From Vulcanimicrobiota bacterium (GTDB lineage: Bacteria > Vulcanimicrobiota > Vulcanimicrobiia > Vulcanimicrobiales > Vulcanimicrobiaceae), in contig CAWAXX010000014.1 in the NCBI GenBank assembly GCA_963786105.1, positions 224,001 to 288,000 on the forward strand: a DNA stretch of 64,000 bases, in the 5' to 3' direction. The notes beneath the pieces are model-generated. The model made no database searches. It saw only the letters and a list, made by a program, of their open reading frames with translations, and had not been told where the DNA came from. Of the stretch, positions 1-9,893 are shown in pieces (within the stretch, counting starts at the first letter, position 1; each line of letters starts with the position of its first letter). Position numbers and translations under genes: made by a program.

Positions 1-128
1 GCGCGTGCTGTCGGCGAGGTCGCATCCTACCGTGAGCAGGCGGGTGACGCCCGCCGCCACCGCTCGTTCGATCGTCTCGACGCGGTCGCCGTCAAATCTG
101 GCATCGTGCACGTGGCAGTGCGTATCGG

Positions 129-1655
129 TCACGCCGATGCCGCCAACTCGATGCGAGGGAAGAGCGCTTCGCCCGAGGCGATCCGCGCGCCGGGCTCGAG
201 GCCGCCCCAGGTGCGCAACGCCGTAGACCAGTCGTCGGTGATGCTTCCACCGGCGCCGAGGCGTCGCCACATCTCCTCCATGCGCTCCGGCATGACCGGA
301 TGCAGTAGCATCGCGAGCCAACGCAGGCCTTCGCACAAATCGTAAAGCAGCTCGTCGAGCTCGTCGTTGCGACCTTCCTTAAAGAGGACCCAAGGCTTTC
401 GTTCGTCGACCGCGCGGTTGAGCGCCGTGACGAGCTCCCAAGCGGCTTCGAGCGCTTCGCGGAAACGTAAATCGAGGATGCGCTCGCGGACGAGCGCCGG
501 CAATGCCGCAAAACGCACCGCGAATTCGCCGTCGGCGCCGCGCCCTTGCGGGACGACCCCCTCACGATATTTTTGCACCATCGAGGCGGTGCGGTGAAGC
601 AGATTGCCGAGGTCGTTTCCAAGATCGCTATTGTGCCGTTGCGCGATCTTCTCTTCCGAATACGAGAAGTCGCTGCCAAACGGCGCTTCGCGCAGAAGAA
701 AGTACCGCAGCGAATCTGCGCCGAAGCGCGTCGCCAACGCAAACGGATCGACCGCATTTCCCAAACTCTTGCCCATCTTTTGGCCGTCGACCGTGATCCA
801 GCCGTGCGCGAAGACGAGTTTCGGTGGCGCTTCCGCGATCGACCATAGCATCGCCGGCCAAACGATCGTATGAAAGCGTGCGATCTCCTTTCCTATGAGC
901 TGCACGCTGGCCGGCCAGTAGGTCGCGAACTTCGCCGGATCGGTCGACCAGCCGATCGCCGAAATGTAGTTGAGCAACGCGTCGAACCACACGTAGACTA
1001 CGCCGCCGCCGCCCGGAATCGGGATTCCCCATTCCAAGTTCGTTCGCGTGATCGACAGATCGTCGAGGCCTTCTTCGAGAAGCGCGAGCATTTCGTTGTA
1101 GACGCTCTTGGGGCGAACCCACTGTGGATTCGCGCGGAAGTGTTCGAGCAAACGCTCGCGATATTTCGAAAGACGAAAGAACCAATCTTCCTCCGAGATG
1201 CGCGAGACTTCACGACCGCACGTCGGACAACGTCCGTCGACGAGCTTCGACTCCGGCCAGAAGGTCTCGTCGGAGACGCAATACCAGCCCTCGTACGTGC
1301 CGAGGTAGACGTCTCCGCTCGCGCGCATGCGTTCGAATACCGCCTGCACGACCCGCTCGTGACGCGGCTCGGTCGTGCGGATGAAGTCGTCGTACTCCAC
1401 GTGGTACGCGGCGAACAGTGCTTTCCAGCGCGGCACGAGCTCGTCGCACCACGCTTTCGGCGTTTTCCCGGCTTGGGCCGCGGCGTTGGCGACCTTCTGC
1501 CCATGTTCGTCCGTGCCGGTGAGAAAGTGCGCCGGTCCGCCCGTTCGCGCCGTACGCGCGAGCGCGTCGGCGACCACGGTGGTATAGGCGTGGCCGATGT
1601 GAGGATCGCCGCTAATATAGTAGATGGGGGTGGTGACGTAGTAGGCGCGGGTCAT
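129..1655 (-). CDS. metG: Methionine--tRNA ligase (short form lacking the C-terminal tRNA-binding/dimerisation domain)
   Basis: YYVTTPIYY start, HIGH motif, GTDEHGQK, zinc knuckle (CVSDE..CPTC), KMGKS variant of KMSKS. Confidence 0.97.
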   Translation of the reverse strand: MTRAYYVTTPIYYISGDPHIGHAYTTVVADALARTARTGGPAHFLTGTDEHGQKVANAAAQAGKTPKAWCDELVPRWKALFAAYHVEYDDFIRTTEPRHERVVQAVFERMRASGDVYLGTYEGWYCVSDETFWPESKLVDGRCPTCGREVSRISEEDWFFRLSKYRERLLEHFRANPQWVRPKSVYNEMLALLEEGLDDLSITRTNLEWGIPIPGGGGVVYVWFDALLNYISAIGWSTDPAKFATYWPASVQLIGKEIARFHTIVWPAMLWSIAEAPPKLVFAHGWITVDGQKMGKSLGNAVDPFALATRFGADSLRYFLLREAPFGSDFSYSEEKIAQRHNSDLGNDLGNLLHRTASMVQKYREGVVPQGRGADGEFAVRFAALPALVRERILDLRFREALEAAWELVTALNRAVDERKPWVLFKEGRNDELDELLYDLCEGLRWLAMLLHPVMPERMEEMWRRLGAGGSITDDWSTALRTWGGLEPGARIASGEALFPRIELAASA

Positions 1656-2524
1656 GGTCGGCCGCTTTCGGTGGACGCAGCGCGGCCCTTTCTGGCCGCT
1701 TTGCGCGCGCTCGCGCGGGCATACAAGTCGGTCCGGCTTCCGAGGCCGCGTTGCGCGAGCAGTTTAGCGATCTCGCCAACCCGGCGGTTTTGCGCGAGCA
1801 GCGCATCGATGGCCCCATCGGCATCACCGGCCGGCCCCTCGGCGCAAACCGGTTCGGGCGCGCGGTACGGAGCGACCGCGAAGGCCACCTCGCCCCGTAC
1901 CGGGTCGGGCAAGGCCGCGGCAACTTCCGCTGGACTCCCGAGGGTTTGCTGCTCGTGCAATTTCGTGTACTCCCGAACGAGAAAAACCCGCGCGGCGGGC
2001 GCTACGGTTTCCAAGTCGGCGAGCGTCGCGCGAATACGGCGCGGCGATTCGTACCAGATGGTCGTGACGTCGTCGCGCAAGGCGCCGGCAAAAGCCGCTC
2101 GCCGAGCCTGCGCGCGGCGCGGCGGGAATCCCTCGAACGTAAAGCGGCGCAAGGGGAATCCCGAAAGCGCCGCCACGCCGAAGGCGGCACTCGCGCCGGG
2201 GAGGACGTCGACACCGACGCCGGCCGCCCTGGCCGCCGCCACCAGCTGGCTGCCCGGGTCCGAAATGCTAGGCATGCCGGCGTCGCAGGTTACGGCGACG
2301 AGACCGGCGCGCGCGCGTTCGATGATTCCCGGGGTGACGCTCGCGGCGTTTTGTTCGCGATAACTCCACAGTTCTCGGCCCGCAATGCCGAGCGCTTGGA
2401 GCAGCCTACGCGCAACTCGCGTGTCCTCGGACACGATGAGCTCGGCGTCGCGCAAAACGTCGAGCGCACGAAGCGTCACGTCCCGCAAGTTTCCTAATGG
2501 AGTCGGTACGAGGATCAGCGGCAT
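1652..2524 (-). CDS. rsmI: 16S rRNA (cytidine1402-2'-O)-methyltransferase
   Basis: MPLILVPTPLGNLRDVTLRAL, SEDTR, DAGMPSISDPG, YESPRR, REYTKLHE motifs; start taken at ATG 2524; ATGA overlap with metG. Confidence 0.93.
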   Translation of the reverse strand: MPLILVPTPLGNLRDVTLRALDVLRDAELIVSEDTRVARRLLQALGIAGRELWSYREQNAASVTPGIIERARAGLVAVTCDAGMPSISDPGSQLVAAARAAGVGVDVLPGASAAFGVAALSGFPLRRFTFEGFPPRRAQARRAAFAGALRDDVTTIWYESPRRIRATLADLETVAPAARVFLVREYTKLHEQQTLGSPAEVAAALPDPVRGEVAFAVAPYRAPEPVCAEGPAGDADGAIDALLAQNRRVGEIAKLLAQRGLGSRTDLYARASARKAARKGRAASTESGRP

Positions 2525-2618
2525 GGTGGTCCCTGCGTCTTCGACGTAGGTGTGGGCGGTACTTACATCCGTCCCAAGGCCGCCAGGCAGTCTGCATCCG
2601 GATTTAGAAATACGACGC

Positions 2619-2885
2619 ATGAAGGTAGACGTAGAACACGTCGCGCCCGGATCCAAGCTCGATCTTTACGTTTCGCCCGATTGTCCGTATTGCCGCGCCG
2701 CCATCGCTCATTACGATGCTGCCGGGATGCCTTACGAGCTGCACGACGCACAAAACGATCGCGCGCAGCGCAAGCGGATGTTCGACTATACCGGCGGCGA
2801 TCCAACGGTACCGGCGATCGTCATCGACGGTGCCTACGTTCAATCCGGATGGGGGTCTCCGCCGCGGGGTTGAACCGTCCACTGA
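2619..2885 (+). CDS. Glutaredoxin-like protein with CPYC motif and probable C-terminal selenocysteine (UGA 2871-2873); resembles Uxx-star-type selenoproteins
   Basis: CPYC, TVP and IDG glutaredoxin motifs; in-frame TGA followed by ACC GTC CAC TGA and a SECIS-like hairpin; selA and selB in the window. Without recoding the CDS ends at 2873. Confidence 0.8.
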
Positions 2886-2907
2886 GCGCGCCGGTCGGCG
2901 TGCCGTG
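2880..2907 (+). promoter_or_regulatory. Bacterial SECIS element
   Basis: Stem GCGCGCC (2886-2892)/GGCGTGC (2897-2903) with apical loop GGTC (2893-2896) starting 19 nt after the UGA; outer CAC/GTG pairing. Confidence 0.75.
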
Positions 2908-2981
2908 AAGGAGCCGTCCGCCGCCGCACCGCAGTCGTTTTTTAGGGTGCTCCTCTTTTTGTAGAATGTGGAGGTTTTTGC

Positions 2982-3308
2982 ATGAACAGCGCGAGCGATA
3001 GCGCTACCAACGCCGCCGCCGCGGGCATCTTCGGCGGCATGATGTTGTTCATTATCGTCATCGTATGTGCGTTGACGGTTTTCTTCGTTTGGCTCTTTTG
3101 GCGCGTCTTCACCAAGACGGGAATGAACCCCGCACTCGGTCTGCTCTGCCTCGTTCCCTCCATCGGCCCGCTGATTTGCCTGCTGATCTTGGCGTTCAGC
3201 CGCTGGCCGATCGAGGATGCCTTGCTCGCGCACGGCGGAGGCCTGCTTTCGCCGTCCCAACCGCCCAGCAATCCGCCGCCGCCCGGCAGCTCGGTGATGC
3301 CGACCTAA
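2982..3308 (+). CDS. Small hypothetical membrane protein with Pro-rich tail
   Basis: GGAGG RBS, 2-3 hydrophobic segments, WRVFTKTG..P motif typical of small membrane DUFs. Confidence 0.75.
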   Translation: MNSASDSATNAAAAGIFGGMMLFIIVIVCALTVFFVWLFWRVFTKTGMNPALGLLCLVPSIGPLICLLILAFSRWPIEDALLAHGGGLLSPSQPPSNPPPPGSSVMPT

Positions 3309-3317
3309 CCTAACCCG

Positions 3318-4760
3318 CTACGAGCTCCAAACCTCGGCGATCCACTCTTCAACGGCTTCGGCTTTCGAAGGGAGGCTCGCCGAGAGATTCTCCGCGCCGC
3401 CGTTGCGGACCGCGAGGTCGTCTTCGATTCGCACGCCGATGCCGCGGAAGCGCTCCGGCACCGTGGCGTCGTCGGGCTGAAAATAGAGACCCGGCTCGAT
3501 CGTCAACACCATGCCTTCGCGCAGCGTCCCATACCGATACGTTTGCGCGCGAGCACGCGCGCAGTCGTGGACGTCGATTCCGAGCATGTGGCTCACGTTG
3601 TGGAGCGTGTAGCGGCGGTAGAACGTATTTGCCGGGTCGAGCGCTTCCTCGAGCGTCGCGTGGAGAATTCCCAGGTCGATGAGGCCTTGAGCGAGGATCC
3701 TCATCGCCCGGCGATTCGGTTCGAGAAAGTCGTTTCCGGGAACGACCGCAGCGATAGCCGCTTGCTGCGCCTCCCACACCAGATCGTAGATCGCGCGCTG
3801 TTCGGCCGAGTACCGTCCTGAAGTCGGAAGCGTGCGCGTAACGTCGGCCGTGTAGAGCGAGTGACGCTCGGCACCCGCATCGAGCAGCAGGAGCGCGCCG
3901 GGCGCTATCGCGCCGTCGTTACGAGTCCAATGCAGCGTGCATGCGTGACGGCCGGCGGCGGCGATCGTCAGGTACCCGACGTCGTTGCCGTCGATGCGCG
4001 ACCGGCTCCAAAAAGCGGCTTCGATTTCGCGCTCGCTCTTGGCGTGCCGCATCGCGCGTATCGCATCCTCGAAGCCGCACTTGGTCAGCGCACACGCCTC
4101 GCGCAGCTCCGCCAGTTCGTACTCGTCTTTGATGAGCCGCGTTTCGGAAAGATACGCGGCGAGATCGCCGTCACGATCGTTTTCGCCCAGCAAAGCATCG
4201 ACGGCGTCGTCGGCGCCGCGCACCAGTGCGCGTGCGGCGTTCGCTTCACGCAACTCCTCGAGGTACGAGACGCGCTCCGGTAGGGGCCGGCAAGCATCGA
4301 CGCCGTAATATGCCGCGCTCTCCTCCACGCCGCGATGCCGTCCGACCCATAGTTCGCCGTGCATGCGGTCGGTAAAAAACTCCGGATTCCCGCGGTTGTG
4401 TTCGCGTGCGAAAAGCACGCTGCGATGGCCGTCGCCGTCGGGCTCCATGACCAGCAGCGATTCAGGCTCGCCGTCTCCCATCAAATAGGCAAAGTCGCTT
4501 GCAGTTCGGAATCGAAAATACGTGTCGTTCGCGCGAACGCGCTCGCGGCCGGCGGGCACGACGAGATACGTGCCGGGGTACGCCCGCGACATCGCGGCGC
4601 GGCGTTCGCGAAACCGCGCGAGTTGCGGATGCGGCCGCGCGTCGAGCTCACCGTCGATCCACCCACCGGCCATGAAGGAAACCAGCGCGGGCGGCGTATC
4701 GGGATCGTAACTCGTTTTTTGCGACGAGGGCGGGGAATCGGCAAAGGCTTTTGCAGACAT
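3318..4760 (-). CDS. pepP: Xaa-Pro aminopeptidase (aminopeptidase P, M24B)
   Basis: DAGAE, YTADVTRT, HMLGIDVHD, TIEPGLYF, GIGVRIEDD; start taken at ATG 4760. Confidence 0.92.
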   Translation of the reverse strand: MSAKAFADSPPSSQKTSYDPDTPPALVSFMAGGWIDGELDARPHPQLARFRERRAAMSRAYPGTYLVVPAGRERVRANDTYFRFRTASDFAYLMGDGEPESLLVMEPDGDGHRSVLFAREHNRGNPEFFTDRMHGELWVGRHRGVEESAAYYGVDACRPLPERVSYLEELREANAARALVRGADDAVDALLGENDRDGDLAAYLSETRLIKDEYELAELREACALTKCGFEDAIRAMRHAKSEREIEAAFWSRSRIDGNDVGYLTIAAAGRHACTLHWTRNDGAIAPGALLLLDAGAERHSLYTADVTRTLPTSGRYSAEQRAIYDLVWEAQQAAIAAVVPGNDFLEPNRRAMRILAQGLIDLGILHATLEEALDPANTFYRRYTLHNVSHMLGIDVHDCARARAQTYRYGTLREGMVLTIEPGLYFQPDDATVPERFRGIGVRIEDDLAVRNGGAENLSASLPSKAEAVEEWIAEVWSS

Positions 4761-4972
4761 TGTCCCGGTGGGTTCGCGGCCGGCGGCTTTCGGTCCGTTC
4801 GGGGAGAAAGGAAGGACCCGTGGAGACACCTGTGGTCGCGCGCGCGCTGAGTTTCGCGCCAGGCATCGCCTTGGCGAGCGGCGCCTAAGGTGGCGCCGCG
4901 GACGCAAGCCGAGATCGACCGGTTTCGAGAGCCCGGCGCGACGGCGACGATCGACGGTGGCCCACCGGCGCA

Positions 4973-5350
4973 ATGAGTCCGAAGGAAAACGACGTGCGTG
5001 CTAACGACACGCTGGCAAACGAACGAACGTACCTCGCTTACGTTCGGACGGCTCTCGCGTTCATCGCGTTCGGGTTTGTCATCGCGCGATTCTCGCTCTT
5101 CACGCGCGAATTTTCCGAGCTCGCGCATCTCGGCACGGTAAAAGAAGGGGTGTCGACGGCGTTTGGAACGGCGATGGCCGTTTTCGGGATCGTCGTTGCC
5201 GTTCTGGGCGCGTGGCGCTACGGCGTTACCGACCGCGGCCTTCGCGAGGGTCGCGTCGTCCGGCTGCCGGCATTGATGGGGTACGTCCTCTCGCTGTTCG
5301 TCGCCGGCATCGGGGCGGTCGTCGCTTTCGCGCTTATCGCAGTACGATGA
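4973..5350 (+). CDS. YidH/DUF202 family membrane protein
   Basis: LANERTYLAYVRTALA signature, three TM segments. Confidence 0.88.
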   Translation: MSPKENDVRANDTLANERTYLAYVRTALAFIAFGFVIARFSLFTREFSELAHLGTVKEGVSTAFGTAMAVFGIVVAVLGAWRYGVTDRGLREGRVVRLPALMGYVLSLFVAGIGAVVAFALIAVR

Positions 5351-5353
5351 GCT

Positions 5354-6196
5354 TCAGTCGACTTCGAGACTGAGGTCGAGCGCCGGTGCGCTATGCGTGA
5401 GCCATCCGACGCTGATGAGATCCACGCCGCTGTCTGCGATGGCGCGAATTGACTCCGGCGAGACGCCGCCGCTTGCTTCGGTGAGCACGCGTCCGTTCAC
5501 CAGCTGCACTGCTTGCGCGAGCCGTTCGGGCGTCATGTTGTCGAGCAGAACGGCGTCGATCGGCTCCTCGAGAGCCTCTCGCAGTTGCTCCAAGGTGTCG
5601 ACTTCGACTTCGACCTTAACGGCGTGACCGATCCGCGCGCGAACGGCCGCTACCGCGTCCCCAACCGAGCCCGTCAGCGCCAAATGATTATCCTTTACGA
5701 GCACGGCGTCGTCCAAACCGAAGCGATGGTTGACGCCGCCGCCGCAACGCACCGCATACTTCTCGAGCGCGCGCAGTCCCGGCGTCGTCTTTCGGGTATC
5801 GGCTACCCGCGCGCGCGTTCCCGCGACCATGTCGACCAACGCACGCGTTGCCGTCGCAATTCCCGACAGACGGCACAGAAAATTGAGCGCGGTTCGTTCG
5901 CCGGTAAGAATGGCGCGAGCGCGACCGTGAATTTCGGCGACGCAATCGCCGGCACGCACCGGCTCGCCGTCGGCTATGGCCGCATCGACGCGAATCGATT
6001 GGTCGAGAAGGCGAAACGCCAGCATGGCAACGCCGAGCCCGGCGACGATGCCGGGCCGGCGCGCGACGATGCGCGCGCGCGCCGTTAGTTCGAAGGGAAC
6101 CGTGGCGTCGGTGGTGAGATCGTTGCCGTGGCCGATGTCCTCGAGCAGCGCGGCCCGCACCAGCGGTTCCACGACGAGCCGGTCGGGCTCAGGCAA
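5354..6196 (-). CDS. nadC: Nicotinate-nucleotide diphosphorylase (carboxylating)
   Basis: TRKTTPGLR, HRFGLDDAVLVKDNH, EVEVD, LLDNM, EASGG. Confidence 0.96.
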   Translation of the reverse strand: MPEPDRLVVEPLVRAALLEDIGHGNDLTTDATVPFELTARARIVARRPGIVAGLGVAMLAFRLLDQSIRVDAAIADGEPVRAGDCVAEIHGRARAILTGERTALNFLCRLSGIATATRALVDMVAGTRARVADTRKTTPGLRALEKYAVRCGGGVNHRFGLDDAVLVKDNHLALTGSVGDAVAAVRARIGHAVKVEVEVDTLEQLREALEEPIDAVLLDNMTPERLAQAVQLVNGRVLTEASGGVSPESIRAIADSGVDLISVGWLTHSAPALDLSLEVD

Positions 6197-7718
6197 GGCT
6201 GCCCAATCGGGTAAACGACCGTTTCGCCAACGCCTCGTCGGCGTGCGCGTAGTCGCTGCGGAAATGACTGCCGCGGCTCTCCGACCTAGCCAGCGCCGCC
6301 TCGACGATCAAACGTCCGACCACCAGCAGGTTGCGCAGCTCGTTTCCGGCTTCGTTGAAGGCGGCGTCGAGTTCGGAAATCCGCGCGAGTGCTTCGCGCA
6401 GCCCGCGCTCGTGACGCACGAGGCCGACGTTGGTGTACATCACGTTGCGCAGGTCGCTGACGGCTTGGGCCTGGCCGGCGGCGGGCGCCGGGCGCATGCG
6501 GTAATCGAGATGCGCGCTGCGCCGCGCCGGAATGCCGGCGGCGGTAACGTCGGAGGCGACGCGCGAACCGTATACCAAGGCTTCGAGGAGCGAGTTGCTG
6601 GCTAGCCGATTTGCTCCGTGGACGCCGGTGGCGCTGGTCTCGCCACACGCCCATAGGCCCTCGAGCGTCGCGCGGCCCCATTCGTTGACGGCGATTCCGC
6701 CCATGTGATAGTGCGCTGCGGGCGCCACCGGGATGTTTTGCACGCGCGGGTCGATGCCGGCCGACATGCAAAACCCGAACGCGGTCGGGAACTCCTGCGG
6801 AAAATGCGATCCGATCGCCGCGCGAGCATCGAGACCGACGGTGCGACCGCGCTGCAGCTGCTCGAAGATCGCGCGCGCGACGACATCCCGCGGACCGAGC
6901 TCGGCGTCCGGATGAACGTCGAGCATAAAACGGTCGCCCAAATCGTTGACGAGAACGGCGCCCTCGCCGCGAACCGCTTCGGTTACTAACGGCATCGGGT
7001 CACGGCCGATGGCCAACGCGGTTGGGTGAAACTGGACGAACTCCATATCGGCGAGCAGCGCTCCGGCTCGCGCCGCCATCGCGATGCCGTCGCCGGTAGC
7101 TTGCACGGGATTGGTGGTGTAGCGGTAGAGACGTCCGATACCGCCGGTTGCAAACACGGTCGCATCGGCGGTAAACGCCACGGTCGTATCGGTGGCGGTA
7201 TCGCAACCGTACACGCCGCGTACGATGCCGTCTTCGACGACGAGATCGGCGGCGGTAACGTTCTCGACCACGTCGATGGACGGGTGAGTGGCCACGGCTT
7301 CGATGAGCGTGCGCAAGATCGCGTGTCCGGTCGCGTCGCCGCCCGCTTTGACGATTCGCCGGCGCTGATGCGCGGCTTCGCGTCCGAGCACGAGCTCACC
7401 CGAGTCGTCGCGATCGAAAGCCGCACCCAGTTCGAGCAGCTCTTCGATTCGCGCGGGCGCGTCGCGCGTCAGGATCTCCACGATCATCTCGTCGCTAATG
7501 CCGGCTCCGGCGCGCCGGGTGTCGATGGCGTGAAGGCTCGGCGAATCGTCTTTTCCCATGGCGGCGGCGATGCCGCCTTGAGCCCAGTCGGTCGCCGCCC
7601 CTTTCCCAAGCCGCGTCTTGCACAAGACCGTCACTTTCATCGGCGCGAGCTTGAGCGCGGCCATCAATCCCGCGATGCCGGCGCCGACCACCAAGACGCC
7701 GCTGTGACGCTCTTCCAT
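6189..7718 (-). CDS. nadB: L-aspartate oxidase
   Basis: GAGIAG, WAQGGIAAA, FVQFHPT, TEAVRGEG, HGANRLASNSLLE; lies between nadA and nadC. Confidence 0.96.
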   Translation of the reverse strand: MEERHSGVLVVGAGIAGLMAALKLAPMKVTVLCKTRLGKGAATDWAQGGIAAAMGKDDSPSLHAIDTRRAGAGISDEMIVEILTRDAPARIEELLELGAAFDRDDSGELVLGREAAHQRRRIVKAGGDATGHAILRTLIEAVATHPSIDVVENVTAADLVVEDGIVRGVYGCDTATDTTVAFTADATVFATGGIGRLYRYTTNPVQATGDGIAMAARAGALLADMEFVQFHPTALAIGRDPMPLVTEAVRGEGAVLVNDLGDRFMLDVHPDAELGPRDVVARAIFEQLQRGRTVGLDARAAIGSHFPQEFPTAFGFCMSAGIDPRVQNIPVAPAAHYHMGGIAVNEWGRATLEGLWACGETSATGVHGANRLASNSLLEALVYGSRVASDVTAAGIPARRSAHLDYRMRPAPAAGQAQAVSDLRNVMYTNVGLVRHERGLREALARISELDAAFNEAGNELRNLLVVGRLIVEAALARSESRGSHFRSDYAHADEALAKRSFTRLGSLA

Positions 7719-7730
7719 CCGCGTCGAACT

Positions 7731-8765
7731 CTAGTCGCGCGGCTGCCGGCTGAACTCGAGCATGCGTTCGACCGAGCGTCGCGCGCGCCCGGCGACCTCC
7801 GGATCGATCGTGACTTCGAACTCCATGGCCTCGAGCGAGTGCAGCACCTTCGGCAGCGTGTTGCGTTTCATGTGCGGACAAAGATTGCACGGACGTACGA
7901 ACTCGATCGATGGATAGCGTCCCGAAACGTTGTCGGCCATCGAGCACTCGGTCATCAGCAACACGCGAGGGCGTCGTTCGGACGCGGCCGCGCTGAGCTC
8001 GCCGACGTATTCGGTCATGCCTTGGGTCGATCCGACGAAATCCGCTTCGGCTAGCACGTCGGGCGGGCATTCCGGATGGGCGATGACCACGAGCGATGGA
8101 TCGTCGCGCCGGAAACGCCGAACGTCGTCGGCGCTGAACCGTTCGTGAACTTCGCAGTGGCCCTTCCAAGCCACGACTTCGACGCTGGTTTTCGACGCGA
8201 CGTACTTGGCGAGATACTCGTCGGGAAGAAAGATAATCTTCGGAACGCCGAGTGCCTCGACGATCTGGAGCGCGTTGCCGCTGGTAACGCATACGTCCGA
8301 CTCGGCCTTCACTTCGGCCGACGTGTTCACGTACGTTACGACCGGAACGCCGGGATACTTCTCGCGCAATAGCCGAACGTCGGCACCCGTAATCGATTCG
8401 GCGAGCGAACAGCCGGCCTTCAGATCGGGAACGAGGACCGTCTTGCCGGGATTGACGAGCTTTGCGGTCTCGGCCATAAAGTGCACGCCACACAGAACGA
8501 TGACGTCGGCTTGGGTTTCCGCGGCCTTCATCGCGAGCGCCAATGAGTCGCCGACGATGTCGGCGACCGTGTAGAAGATTTCCGGCACCTGGTAGTTGTG
8601 GGCCAAAATCACCGCGTTGCGCTCGCGCTTGAGGCGGTTGATCGCGGCAACGTACGGAGCGTGCAAGGGCCACTCGACGCTCGGAATAACGTGCGCGACC
8701 CGCCGGAAGATCGGTTCGGTCTCGGCGGCGATGTCGGCGGTATAGGGTAGGTCGAGTACGCTCAT
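7731..8765 (-). CDS. nadA: Quinolinate synthase
   Basis: [33 protein letters not shown] with the Fe-S cysteines. Confidence 0.96.
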   Translation of the reverse strand: MSVLDLPYTADIAAETEPIFRRVAHVIPSVEWPLHAPYVAAINRLKRERNAVILAHNYQVPEIFYTVADIVGDSLALAMKAAETQADVIVLCGVHFMAETAKLVNPGKTVLVPDLKAGCSLAESITGADVRLLREKYPGVPVVTYVNTSAEVKAESDVCVTSGNALQIVEALGVPKIIFLPDEYLAKYVASKTSVEVVAWKGHCEVHERFSADDVRRFRRDDPSLVVIAHPECPPDVLAEADFVGSTQGMTEYVGELSAAASERRPRVLLMTECSMADNVSGRYPSIEFVRPCNLCPHMKRNTLPKVLHSLEAMEFEVTIDPEVAGRARRSVERMLEFSRQPRD

Positions 8766-8956
8766 CGGTTCGTGGGCTGGTTGCCGCAGCGCAGGCGGCG
8801 CCCCTTTAATCCATACGACCCGGTGCCGTCCGGCGCGTTTGCGCGATGAAAGTCGTTTTCACTCCGCGAGGAGGCGGGTAGAGTGCAGTGGGCGGCACTC
8901 CGCCGCCGCCGGCCCAATCGAGGCCGCGAAGCTTTGATGAAGGATGCGTAGAGTTG

Positions 8957-9508
8957 ATGTTGGCTCAGGTTGGCTCGCCAGCCCCGGATTTTGTATTACC
9001 GAGTACCATAGACGCGACGGGTCCGCACGACCTGGGCAAGGAGGTCCGCCTAGCGGACTATGGCGGCAAATGGTTGGTGCTGTTTTTCTACCCGCTGGAT
9101 TTCACGTTCGTTTGCCCGACGGAGATTCGGGCCTTGTCGGATCGCCGCGACGAATTTCAAGAGTTCGATGCCGAGATTCTCGGCTGCTCGACCGATTCGG
9201 TCTTTAGTCATTGGGCGTGGCTCAACACGACCCCCGAAAACAACGGTATCGCCGGGACGCGCTACCCTTTAGCGGCCGACTTCACGAAAGAAACGGCGCG
9301 CGCGTACGGCGTCCTCGACGAAGGCTCCGGAACCGCCCGGCGCGGCCTATTCATCATCGATCCCGAGGGCCGTCTCAGGTATGCCGTCGTGACCGACGAC
9401 AGTGTAGGCCGAAGCGTAGACGAGACCTTGCGCGTGCTCCAAGCGTTGCAAACCGGCGGCCTGTGCCCGGCTAACTGGCAGCCCGGAAAGGGTCTCGTTT
9501 CCGTCTGA
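8957..9508 (+). CDS. ahpC: 2-Cys peroxiredoxin (AhpC/TSA family)
   Basis: FYPLDFTFVCPTE peroxidatic Cys, GRSVDETLR, LCPANW resolving Cys; start taken at ATG 8957. Confidence 0.92.
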   Translation: MLAQVGSPAPDFVLPSTIDATGPHDLGKEVRLADYGGKWLVLFFYPLDFTFVCPTEIRALSDRRDEFQEFDAEILGCSTDSVFSHWAWLNTTPENNGIAGTRYPLAADFTKETARAYGVLDEGSGTARRGLFIIDPEGRLRYAVVTDDSVGRSVDETLRVLQALQTGGLCPANWQPGKGLVSV

Positions 9509-9573
9509 GTACCGGTCCGAACTGGAGCGAAACCCGCGGTTTCCACGCGCGTACTACGGGTGGAGGGAACCTC

Positions 9574-9654
9574 ATGACGACACGAATTCTGGTGTTTACG
9601 GTAGCCGCCGCGCTGACGACGCTGGCGGTCGCCGTGGCCTCGCTGATCTCCTAG
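9574..9654 (+). CDS. 26-aa hydrophobic small protein MTTRILVFTVAAALTTLAVAVASLIS (not in ORF track)
   Basis: GGAGGG RBS just upstream of the ATG; a single TM-length hydrophobic stretch. Confidence 0.55.
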   Translation: MTTRILVFTVAAALTTLAVAVASLIS

Positions 9655-9760
9655 CCTCGTTTTTCGGGCGGGCAGCCTGCCGCCCGGTGCGTGTGGCCCG
9701 CGGCATTCGGTGGTAGGAGAGGATAGGGAGTTTCTCTCGATCGTCGATAGGAGGAAGTTC

Positions 9761-9886
9761 ATGAAAGGATGGTTCGCCGGCCTCGTGCTGGTGGGGGCCC
9801 TAGCCCTCGGAGCCGGAGCGCTCGGAGCGGCGGCTCAACCCGCTCCAACCCCATCGCCGTCTGCAACGCCGACGATGCAGCCCTAA
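9761..9886 (+). CDS. 41-aa putative secreted peptide: signal peptide plus Pro/Thr/Ser-rich 16-mer (not in ORF track)
   Basis: AGGAGG RBS; MKGWFAGLVLVGALALGAGALGAAA|QPAPTPSPSATPTMQP; followed by a terminator-like hairpin. Confidence 0.65.
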   Translation: MKGWFAGLVLVGALALGAGALGAAAQPAPTPSPSATPTMQP

Positions 9887-9893
9887 GACCGAA

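Noticed and set aside
870..2363. Long alternative-frame ORFs (e.g. 870-2363, 15684-17363, 20051-21298, 40471-41877, 51267-52568, 62713-63900)
   Set aside because: Arg/Ala-rich or antisense shadows of well-supported genes, expected in high-GC DNA
2883..2945. Second TGA of the glutaredoxin also read as Sec
   Set aside because: The hairpin stem starts immediately after it (wrong spacing) and the extension would be low-complexity and Arg-rich
4820..4888. 22-codon ORF METPVVARALSFAPGIALASGA with an AAGGA RBS
   Set aside because: No motif or other support; it lies in a divergent promoter region and could be chance
8766..8956. NAD+ riboswitch (nadA motif) upstream of nadA
   Set aside because: The minus-strand leader lacks the conserved core I would expect for that motif; only generic GC-rich hairpins are present
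9506..9576. Sec read-through of the peroxiredoxin TGA
   Set aside because: Both catalytic Cys are already present, the protein is full length, and there is no convincing SECIS stem at the right distance
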